Assembly (NCBI GenBank): GCA_963666425.2
Contig: OY762825.2
Location: 1,824,001 to 1,888,000 of the forward strand
Reading direction: 5' to 3'
Source of the DNA: Bacillota bacterium
GTDB taxonomy: Bacteria; Bacillota; JAAYKD01
DNA: 64,000 nucleotides
A model generated the notes under the pieces. That model was not told the DNA's origin and made no database searches. It saw only the letters and a list, made by a program, of their open reading frames with translations. The position numbers and the translations under genes are program-made. Each line of letters starts with the position of its first letter. Position 1 is the first letter of the stretch. Of the stretch, positions 42,901 through 54,900 are shown in pieces.

Positions 42901-45900
42901 CCGTGACTGATCTGAATGGCAATTACGAGTATAAATTTACGCCCTTTACCGGTGAAGCAGGCGATTGGACGATCTTAGCGTTTGCCTATCAGAATGCCTT
43001 AGGCGGCGGCGCTCCGCCTAAAGAAGTAAAGGTTTGGGGCATGGCTGCCTCACCGGCCAGCCTGACGCTGGTTGCGACGAAAAATTCCCAATTCTCCAAA
43101 GAAATTAAATTCCGTCACGCGGCACCGAATTACGCAGAAGGTGACCCGCTTACTTCAGTAAGCGCAATTTTAGTGGCTACTGCTCTGAATAACGGGGTAT
43201 CGGCGACCATTGATACGTCCGCTATGGCCCGCAGCCTGGCTCCCGGTGCAGAAACCGGTGTGATCTTAAATGTCAGTGCCGGATTGAACTGTGATGACAC
43301 AGCAACCTATGAAATTGTCTTCAGTTCAGCCCAGGGAGCAACCTGCAAGACACGAGTCACAATCAATCTGCGGCCGGCAACACCGATTCCGGTGACCGAT
43401 GTCAAGAGCATCTCGATTGGCGTCAATCCGGCAGACAGTGTCAGCCGCATCGTCACCGTCACCAATAAGGGCAAAGGCTACTTGGACGGCCTAAAAATCA
43501 CACTGCCCGGCAGCATTCCCTGGGTGACGGCAGGCAGTATCGGCAGCACGCGTCTGGCACCCAATGAAAGCACCACCTTTACGGTCGAATTTTCACCGGG
43601 AGTCGGTGTCGCCTTGGGACAATATCAGGATAAGCTGGTGGTCAGCGATGCGACCGGTAAGTTCTATGCTAATGTCGCTTTGAGTGCCGAAATCAGTTCA
43701 GCCAAAACAGGCGGTATTTCCTTCCGTGTCACCGATGATGTCGGTACGAAAGTCGGCAATGCGGATATTACCATCATCTCCAAAGAACCCTATACCAGCA
43801 TGGCTGGCGGGGTGGAAACACAGTATTATCCCAACTTCACCACCAGGACGGATGCAAACGGTGTGGCTCAATTCTATGAAAAACCGTTAGGTGATTACGA
43901 TTTGGTCGTCATGGCTGCCGGTCGCAAGAAATTTGTCAGCCAGTGCAGTGTGATGCCTTCGACTGGCGCGCCATTTATGGATATCCTGCTGCAAAACGAA
44001 CCGATCAGCATTGAGTGGACCGTTGTCCCCACCACCATCGTGGATGAATATGAAATCAAATTGGAATTGACCTTCGGCGCCCATATTCCGGTGCCTGCCT
44101 TTGGTTTCAATCCTCCTTGGGTGAATATTCCCAAAGAGGTCAATGAACCGATTGTCGTTGAAGCGAATGTGGTCAATACCGGTTTGATCGCCATTACAGA
44201 TGTGGTGGCCTCGGTCGTGCGTGCCAACAAATCGGAAACCGGCATCAGCATCATCGGCGGCGGTTATCTCGGAGAAATCGGCGCTCACAGCAGCGCGAAG
44301 ATTCGCCTGCAGGTGCAGCCCGGTGTGTATCAACTGCTGTTCAGCAAGAACGCAGCCGGCAATCCGCTGAATTACATCAAATTTGAAGGTACTTATGTTT
44401 CTTTCGATTCGGATACCGGACTGCCGATCGATCCGGCGCCGGTGATTACAGGTGTCCTGCCGCTCTATAATCCGAGTGAAACGTCTGTTACACTGCAGGT
44501 GCGTCTGCCGGAAGAAAATGCCAAAGTTGTGGAAGAAGAAGTGAAATTGCCGGAAGGGCAGATGGAAGAACTGCGCTATATCGCTCCTGCCGGCGGCAAC
44601 CGTGACGATTTGCTCAAACCGGGAGCCGATTCCGCTTACGAAATCGTGCAGCTGACTTTAAGTCAGAAAGCCACCCTGGAACGACAGGCGTTTGATGCCA
44701 CTTTAAAAATCACCAATGGTTACCCGGAATATGCTCTGCAAAATCTGCGTGTCGATGTTACGGTAACGGATGCGGATGGGAAAGATGTAACGAACAAGAA
44801 CTTTGTGATTGCTACCGGTATCAATGGCCTGACGGATTTGGATGGCAATGACAGTTTAGCTGCCGGTAAGAATATGACGGCAACCTGGCAGATCATCCCC
44901 GGCAGTGATTTGGGCGGTACATCGGTAACCGGCAAGCTCTATTACGCCAAGGCACTGATTTCCTACTATGTTAACGGCCGCCTGGTGCAAACGCAGACGG
45001 AAGGTGTGGAAATCACCATTGTGCCGCAGCCGAAACTGACACTCAATTACTATGTGCCGCATACGGTGCTTTCCAATACGCCGTTTAAACTGGCGGTCAA
45101 GGTATCGAACAGCGGCTATGGTGAAGCGAAGAATCTGATCATCGACTCCGGTAAACTGGAGATCAGCTCCAATCAAAGCGGTTTGCTGACGGACTTTGAA
45201 ATTCTGGGCAGTTCCTTTGGCAGCACGACCGGCAGCAACTTCAGACTGGAATTCGGTAACATCGGACCGGCTGTTTACAGTGAAACAACAGATTTAATCA
45301 CGAACCAAGTCACCGGCAGCTGGACACCGACCGAAGTATCCGGTTATTGGCTGGTGCGCTGGAATTTGCCGGTGGAAGCCGAAGAAAATCCTTACGAAGG
45401 CGAATTCCGTGATTTTAAAGCCACCCTGACCCACAAAGACTATAAGGGCGTGCAATTGAACCCCTTGATTGTCGGTGTGACCACCAGCATTATCGGCAAA
45501 GAAGATGTCCTGGCAGATCTCAATGCGGATGGCGCTTTGGCGGTTGTCAATGAAGGCAATACCGGCTTCCCGGATTTCCTGATGAATTTGGTTAGCGGTT
45601 TAAGGATTCCCATCTTTGTGCCTGATTCGGTCGAAACCAGCGTGAGTTATGAGACCGGCGGCAACTATCTGCAGCTGAAATCCGCCAAGCCAACGGCAGC
45701 GCTCGATTATAATTCGGTGCGTTATCAGATCATCATGCTGCCTGCTCCGGAAGGCTGCGGTAATATTTCTGCGGTCAAACGCAGCCTCAGCGCCGACGGC
45801 AGCAATCCAAGCAGCCTCTCTTTCTCCAACTACTGGAAGGACTTTGGCAATATTTACATCGTCGATCAAATCCCGGTCAGTTATGATGCCAGCGGCAGCC

Positions 45901-48900
45901 GGGTCTTCCTCGATTCTTGGTATACCATTGAATTTGGCAGCGGCGTCATCCTCGGCGATCTGGGTTACTCCCGTTTTGTCTACACCCTGGCGGCGCCGGG
46001 AGAAGAAGGCGGCATCCCAATTGGCGTGGAAGGCACCGGCAGCTATATCAAAGATGCAGTTTATTACGATACCGGGATTTATCCTGATCAGGGAGAGAAC
46101 GATCTCACCCTGCGCGTTCTGCTGGATAACCGTTCCAAGAACGTAGAAAACGGCAGCATCCGCTTCAGTGTGATCGATACGACTATCCCCTTGGGTGAAA
46201 ACCAGACCATCTTCAATGCGGAAGTTGCTTTTGTTAATCTGCAGCCTTATATCACCCAATATGTCTCCTGCAGCAGTTGGGTACCGGTCAAAGGCGGCGT
46301 TTATCAGATCAAAGCAGAGCTGCTGAGCGGAGGCGAGGCCACCGGACGTTTTGTCACATCGGAAGCGGTCGTCAACAGCCTGCCGTACGGCAATGCCGGC
46401 GCCGATATCGCCAATGCGGTTGTTTTGCAACCGGTCCGCTTTGATGCCAGCCGGTCTTATGACCGGGATGGCTACATCACTTCTTTCGTCTGGGATTTTG
46501 GTGACGGTGAAAGCGGTTATGGTTTGACTCCGACGCATACCTACTTGAAATCCGGTTCTTACAAAGTAAAACTCTACGTGATGGATAATAATCTTTCCAC
46601 CACCTGGCCGCCGAAGCTGGTCGGTAGTGCATTGGGCGGTGAACCCGATCCTGCGACAGTGACCGAGCAAAATGAATTCTCCGTCATGCAAATCACGGTC
46701 TTGGAAAACCGGCCGGATTTATTTGTGCAAACCATCGAATTCTCTGAATCAACACCGGCCGAGAACAGCGTCTTTACCGTGACAGCCACACTGCAGAACG
46801 GCACCTCTGAAGGAACTGCCGGCGGCTTAACTGCCACTCCGGCACCTTTCCTGGTGGGCTTCTACCTTGATGATGTCTACCGAGGCTATGTGCGCGTCGA
46901 AGATGCGATTACAGTCAACAACACCAAGGAAGTCAGTTTTGATCTGACCATGCCAGCCGGCGGCACTGCTCATAAGGTTTCTGTCATCGCCAATGACATC
47001 GGAAAATACATTGAAGAGGCGGATTTTGACAACAACCGGCTCGACCAGGTGATCAATGGAACGCAGACTGATTTTGCTGATTTGGCTGTAGAAAACCTAC
47101 AAGTCAGTGCAATCAGTGGGGACACGGTGCAGTGGCATGCCGGAATAACCGTGCAGGCCAAGGTGAAGAACCTCGGCAGCGCAGCGGCGGGAGCATTTAA
47201 GATCGTCGCTTACGCTAACGATACACTGATCTATTCCGCATTGGTCGATGAGCTGGCGGTAAGCGGAGAAGAAAACATTAGTTTCCCGTGGCTGCCGGAA
47301 ACGAGTGGAGATTATCAGCTGCGTCTGTTGGCTGACGGACCGTTATCTACTGTTGTAGAAATGGTGGAAGACAATAACAGTCAAACACAGACGATCAAAA
47401 ACTTAAATGTCACCTATGCCGATTTGACGGTGCAGAATGTGCGCACCAGCCTCAGCGGCAGTATTGTGCCGCAGGGGACGAATGTCGTGCTCTTTGCCAA
47501 TATTCTCAATCAGGGTAGTGCCGCCAACCGGACCGCCAGCAAAGCCTACTTCTATGTCAATAACCGCTTTATTGGTGCGGCTGAGTTTGGCAAAACAGAG
47601 GCACTTGCTGCGGGTGCTTCCACCACAATCAGTTACATTTGGAAGAACCCCGACATCGCCGCTGAGGAAATCTTAGTCATCGTCGACCCGGAAAATAAGG
47701 TCTTGGAAAGCAATGAAGCCAATAACACGGGCAGCTATTACTTCAGTTCTCCTTTAACCGTGACAGCGGCGCAGCTGCATCTGGTGGATCTGGTGACCAA
47801 TACCACTGCCGTTCAGTATGGCGACAGCGTAACCACACTGGTCAAAGTCAAAAACAGCGGTGATCGGGCAATTACGACGCCGTTTGCCACCGCCCTTTAC
47901 GTCAACAATCGCAAAGTTGGTATGGTAACCACCGATGCGATCGGTATCGGCAGTCAGGTTGAGCTGTCCTTTACCTGGAAAGCAGACCAATTGCCGACCG
48001 GGAGTTATCTGCTGCGGGCCTATACCGACAGTGAAGCCAAGCTCAACCTGACCGACCGCAGCCAAACCTACAAGAGTGCAGTTCTGAGTGTCGGGCATAG
48101 CTTAGTGCTGACACCTGTGTCCAGTGCTGCAGCTTATTCCTTAGGAGAAGCCAGCCATGTCAGTTTAGGCGTTGCCTCTTCCGCCGCTTCCTGGTCGCCT
48201 CTCGGTGATGCTGCCGTCAGCGTACAGCTTTACAGTGTCAGTGAAGGTGCTGAGCCGGTATTGACCGCAGTCGGGGAGCCGATCAATCTGGTTTATGATC
48301 CGGCAGCCGGAACCTATCAAGGAGTGGTTACCTCACCCGCCGCGGCAGGTAGTTACCGCTTACGTTTTAATGCCGTAAAAGATCTGCTGACTGCCACAAC
48401 CGAAACTGATATTGTCTACACCAATGCGTTCCAAATTAGTTTGAGCAATGCAACTGAACAGAGTTATACAATTGGGCAGAGTATCACAGCTGCAGGCACA
48501 GTGACAGATGCGAATGGCGCTGCTATTCCGGATGCAGCCGTAACAATCAGCGTGATCGGTGAAGAAACCTGGCAATTCAGCGGCAGAACCGACGCGAATG
48601 GAACTTACTCGATTGCAGTGAACCTTCCAACAGACTGCGGCGGCGCTTATACGATGAAGGCATCTGCCAGCATCGCCGGCGTGAAAAAGCAAACCGCTTC
48701 GATTGTCTTCTTTATCGACGGACTCTATCTTGCCTTGAACAGTAAAGTAACCATTGTGCAAGGCTACGATCAGATGTTGGCAGGATTTGTCACGAATCTT
48801 GGTGTGACAGCAGCAGACAATATCAGTCTTGTTGTCAGCGGATTGCCAGCAGGATTAACTATCGAACCGCTTCTCACTTTAAACGCTACTAATATTGCCG

Positions 48901-51900
48901 CAGAAAGCAGCCAGGAAATTCAGCTGAAGCTGAGCGCTGCCGAAACGCTGGCGGCCGGGGTCTATGAGATCACCCTAACAGCAGGGAATGCCAGCCACGT
49001 TCTGACGGTGTCGGTAGTGGCAGCCGAAGCGAAGTACTCCATCAACATCATTGGTGAAGTGGAATCGGGCGGTGATGGCTTACGCAAAGAAGCGCTGACG
49101 ATGTCGCTGCGGCAGGGAGAAATGAAAACTTCTGTGATTCAGGTCACGAACAGCGGCACCGCCAATCTAACCGGACTGACGGTCGACTGCGATCTGCCTT
49201 TTGTGCGCTTCTCGGCTACACCGGTGGACGGCTATCTGATCAAACCGGTCAACAAAGGTTACACGATCCGTGACGCGGAAGGCCGCGCTTCCATCGTCGT
49301 AGCGGTTTCTCCTTCTAACTTTACACAAACCGGTCTCTATGAAGGCAGCATCACCCTAACATCGAATGCCGGTGTTCGAAAGATTCCCATCGTGATATCC
49401 GTTGGCAGTGAACAAGTGGCCAGCTTAACCTATGAAGTGCGCAACGACAGCAATACGCCGCTGCAAGATGCAACGGTAGAACTCAGCGGTGTAGTGCAGC
49501 AAAAAGATCCGGTCAATTTCAGCGGTAAAACCGATGTCGATGGACGCATTACGTTCAGCAATATCCCTGCAGGTGCCTATCAATTAACCGCGACAGCGGA
49601 TTTGCATTCGACCCTCTCGGCAGCAGTTGATCTCCCGGCGCTGAACGATCGGCTGCCGCAAATCATAACCTTAACAAAACAACCGATGGTCTTTGGCTTT
49701 GAAGCCGCTGCGGAGGACAGTATGCGCAGCAGTTCAACCAAGAGTGTTGGCTATGACAGCGTCGTTTACAAAGCGGAACAATTGGCTGCCAGCACAGAAC
49801 CTCAGCTGCAGCCCAATCTCCCCGCGGACGAACAACAATTCTGGTATATCTCCGGCAAGATTCTCAATCGACTCTCCATCCGCAATCCGGCCGCACCAAT
49901 CACATTAACTGATCTGTCAGCGAGCGATTCTAAGCTGAAAGATGTCACTTTAGAAGTGGTATCCACCAGTAAAAACCTGCCGCTCAATGCTTTCTTGCTG
50001 AAGGGTGAAAGTGGCTACACACCGGTTCGCTATATTGGAGATTTGGCAGCCGGTCAAGTCATTGATTTGATCTGGAGTCTGGATATTGACCGACTCTTTG
50101 TGATGGCCAAAGTGGCAGCAGTCGGCAGCACGGGCGAATTCCAACTCACTTTCGATGGAACGAAAGTCAGCCAAGCTATGGTGGACGCGTATGTCAAGGC
50201 CAATGATCCGCTGGGAGAAGGTTCACTGCAGTTGGTCGCCGGCAGTTATACGGCAGGTGGAAACAGCTTCAATGTGAAGGTCACTGCCGGTTCAGATCAA
50301 ACCTATCGCACACCGACGGACCGGATTCCTCTCTATTTTGGCAACCAAGTCTATCTCTTTGATGCTACCATTAAGGCAAGCGGAACCAGAAGCGATAACG
50401 GAGCTACCGTTGAAACCTTGATTCCTGTGCGTGTTCGTTACCTTGCGCCTGATTATGAAATTTGGGGTTCCGGCAAACAGAACGCCAATCAGGAGGACAG
50501 TGGCTCTCAAACCACGGCTACGGATGCTTATGATGAGAATCCCGGCTTGAAACAGGAGATTCAGTTGGAAGCCGCCTTCCCGTCTGTTAACGGTCAGACA
50601 GCAAAGGGTAATTATAGTCAGAATTTCCTGAAAGAAATGGGTTATGGACTGCCGGAAGTACCGGAAGAAGCGACGAAGAATGCTGATTTGGATTTCGGTT
50701 TCTCTTCGGGAGCCGGCTTTGCGGAACAGGTTGTGGGATTGAAACTGAACTTGACCAACACATCCTCGACCTCACCGATGACCGATTTGAGTATTCGTCT
50801 ATTGCTCACCGATAACAGTTACGATGCCGAAGGCAATTTAATCAAAGGCGGTTCTCCGGTGTATCCTGCTGTCAATCTGATAGCCTCTGCCACGGGCGAA
50901 AACGCACCGGTGGTGGATGGTTATGGCATCACCCTGAGTGAATTGAATCTGGGTGAGACCTTAAAGCTGAATTATCAATTGAAGCTGGATGAGGTGCAGG
51001 ACATCTACTCTGCTATAGCGGAATTTGATCCCTCCATTGCCAAATTACTGCAGAATAAATCTTCGGGTAAGATTTACGCCCGCTTCCTCTACGAATATAC
51101 GCAGGACGGTAAGCAGCAAAGCGTGATGAGCAGCGTGCGGGAATTTGAAGTCAAGGCGAAACCAAAAGTTTACATCAGCTATGATCTGGAAGCGTATCAA
51201 AGCGATCCGAATCGGTTTACGCTGACGGCCTATGTGACCAATTTGGGCGAAGGTGCCGCCGAAGGTGTTTATGTCAGCGCACCGATCATGCCGGAAACCG
51301 AATACAAGTTCGTTGTAACGAGTGGAAATTCAACCAAAGGAACCAATTTAGGAGATGGCAAAGTCCAGCTGGGGACGATCCAGCCGGGAGAAACCGAAAA
51401 AGTTTACTTCAACCTCATAAGAATTGAAGTGACTGCCGCTCAAAAAGGAACCAAGTTGTCCTTGGGCAAACTGGCCGAATTGCCGGCGATGCCGGTCAAG
51501 AGCGAGATTGCCGGTAATCTAATCGTAGCGCCGATGAAAATGGAAGCCATGAACACCCTCAGAGCGCACGAAAACTTCCTGTCTATGCAAACCGAGTTGG
51601 ACAACCTGCAAGTCAATTTAGAAAAAGTAGTCGATAAAACGGTATCCGAGCTGGCTCGTTCGATCCTGGATCAATACGATTATGCCAGAATCCTGACCGG
51701 CGCGGTTGGGATCACCAAGGTTTATGAAATGACCAGCGGTGTCGCCAACTTAATCGGTTGGATTAAGTCGATCGCTGAACTGCCGGCGAAATTGAAAGGT
51801 GCCTTCACTTCGGCAGACGATGAGCTGAAAGAAGTGCTCAACGGCAAAGTCTTAACACCGGATGAATACAAACTTTTCGCCGCCACGCAGCAAGCTTATC

Positions 51901-54900
51901 AGGGCTATGGCACAAAATTACTAAATCTTTATACATCGGGAATCAGCTGGTTCAACAATTGGATCGGCAACACGCTTGATGATTATATCAATACCGCGAA
52001 AGATGTCTGGAATACTTACTCCGATGCCAAGAAGGGCAAAGCCGGCGTGGAAGCGATGGCGGATTATGAAGTCAAAGCCAATCAGGCGCTGGATACCCTA
52101 GGTAAAGCGGCCAAATTCATTTCGGATGCGGTCAATACGAAGAGCAAGAGCGAACGCACCTCCCTGACGACGCAAGGCAAGGCGGCTTTGGAAGCAGCTC
52201 AAAGCTTAATTCAGGCAGCCAGCGAGATTAAGACGAAGAATATGGCGGTTTTTGAATCGATCGCCAGCGGTTCCACCAATGGTTGGATCGGCGGAGAAGT
52301 CGATCGCTATTATCTCTCGGCAGCCAATGCTTATGTCAACGAAGTTGAATTTGCCGTGCAGGAAACCCTAAAAATCATTGCGGCGCAGATGCAGGCGATC
52401 GTTGCGGTCAATGCGTTCGAAGATGCAGCCGAGGGAATGAAAGCTTCAGCGGAAAATATGACCAAGGTCACGAAGGAAGCGCAGCAGGTGCTGGATGCAA
52501 CCAACAACATGCTGAACAATGTCGGTTATCAGCCGAACCAGTCGGTGATGGATCAGGTCAAGAACTTCCGCAGCTCCAGCACCGTCGTTGATTTTGCCAA
52601 GAGCTGGCTGACCAGTAAACTGACGATTGTGGACATGGCGGCGCTGCAGAATATTTCCAAGACTACACCGACGCTGGTCAAAAACCTGGGCAATCTGGCC
52701 ATTGCAGTCAAGACTGCCCCTGAGGAGGGATTCAGTAACGCGGAAGTAGCAGATTTGATTTTCGAATGCATCTTCCCCAATTCCACTGAGGTTGCCAAGG
52801 AAAAATACGCCTACTTCTATGATGAATTTGACGCATATGCTCCGGCCGGCGGCTCCAAAACGGCAGAATATTCTATCTATACGCTAACCCAGGCGATTAA
52901 GTTGAGCAGCACGAATGTCATCGATTTGGATGCTTATGAGAAAGCAATCAACCAATTGGCTACCAGTAAGACAACAAACAGCCAAGCGGTAATGAATGCT
53001 GCGGTATCATCGGCAACCCGTAAGAGCAATGTCTTTAACATGCTGGAGCAAACACGGGCTGATCTTGCGCTGATAGGGGAGATGATTCAAGGCTATCTTG
53101 ACAATGACCTTACCGCAACAGCCTACTATCCTTCCGGTCAAGTCCTGGATTACCTGAAATCCCTGAATACGCAGTTAAAGTCGATGTATGCGAACCCCAA
53201 CGGCAGCCCTATCCCGATTACGCGGGTCGGGCGCTACCGCAACCTCTGGGTTTATACTGCCGATGGCATGGATCTGGTGCCGGATCAGATCACGCTCTTT
53301 GAAGTTTATCAGCTGCAGCAGGAAGTCGACGCTTCCATTGCGGAAGGATTCGATGCCATTTATCAGCGTCACATTGTGAACATGATGAAAGATATTGAGA
53401 CGAGGTTAACCTTGGCCAGCACAGCCTTTGCCTTTATGGGCAGTGTTTCGGGTGCCTCCGGTTCCCTTTCCGCCATCGCAGCCACGGCCGCTCAGATGAT
53501 CAATACTTCTTCCTACGTCACAGCGCTGGATTCGCTCGATGCGACCATCCTAACCAAACTCTCCAAACAAATCGGCGAATTGGCTGTTAACACAACTCTG
53601 ATGGTCAATAAAGAAACATCCATTGCTTCAAATTTACTGGATGTTTTCAATACGCTGGAGAACTGGCGTAAAGTCGATCCGGAATTACCGTTGACCGTCC
53701 TGTCACAGCAAGCCACGGATGTGGCGCTGCAGGAGGGTTACACCGAAGGTCAAACCACTGTCGCAATTTCCATCCGCAACGAGCATACCGGTTCGGTAAC
53801 CATCGCTCCCACTGTGGAAATTTACGATAGCTATGGCTTGGTGAATTCCGTTACTTTGGCCAGCCAAACGCTGCTGCCGGGTCAGACCGGTCAATTCAGC
53901 GGTTTGGTTGCAGTGCCGCACAATGCTTTAAGAGATGCCGGCGGCTACATTGCGGTCTTTACCTTCGAAGCTTCTGAAGCTGAGACCATGACCATTTCCC
54001 CGACTTACGGGCCTTACACGGCTGCCTTCAATGCCCACAGGGCGGCAGCTTTAGCCCAGATGAAGAGTGAGACGGCAGATGCCGTGCAAACCTCACAACC
54101 GCTGGGTGGTTATCTGGCTGGCAAAATTGAGGCGGTTATGAACGGTCAAGTGGTGGAAGTCGCTGAGGTCGTGGACAGTCAAACAGTCACGATCAGTAAA
54201 TCAGCCGGCACGATCCTGCGTATTTTCTGCGCCGCTATCAGCGGCAGCGGGGTCAGCCTGAGCGTCAGCGACAGCCAAGGGCAGCCTGTGAGTGCTTTTG
54301 CCGATCTGATCAATCCAGCGGATTTCGTTTTAATCAGCGATCCGGCAGCCGGAATTTATACGGTGACGGTGAGCAACGGTGCGGCAAGCGAACAGGGCTT
54401 TGCGCTGCAGGTGGTGGAACATCCGAATTACGGCACGGTTGCCGGTATCTATACGCAGTATACCAACGTTCAGGCAGCACAAAACTCAAGCGGCGAATGG
54501 CAGGCAACCATTCCGATCAACCTATATGAAACCGGTTTGCTGCATGATCTGACTGGAATTACCTTCACGGTCAGCGAATTAAGCCTTCAGAGCGATGCGG
54601 CGATAAAAATCGTCGGCAGCGAGATGACGATTCAGAATGCGAAAAATGAAGTGCAGAGTCAGCCGTTTACCATTCCGGCCGGGACTGGCAAACAGCTCGC
54701 ATTGGTGATCAAACCGAACCCGGACCATGCCGACGGCATCTATACCGGCAGCTTAAGTATTCATTTGACGGCGGAAGCGTTTAATACCGGTTATTCAACA
54801 CACAGTGGCTGGACTGCAAACGGGGATGGAAGTGATACTTTAATCATTCCGCTTGCTTTGAAACTGGATACCGCTGTGCCGAATGCGCCCAGCTTTACGG

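Noticed and set aside
45600-46691. 363-aa antisense ORF, and many shorter ones, inside the giant gene
   Set aside because: Shadow of the sense-strand codon bias; no motif, RBS or plausible protein composition.
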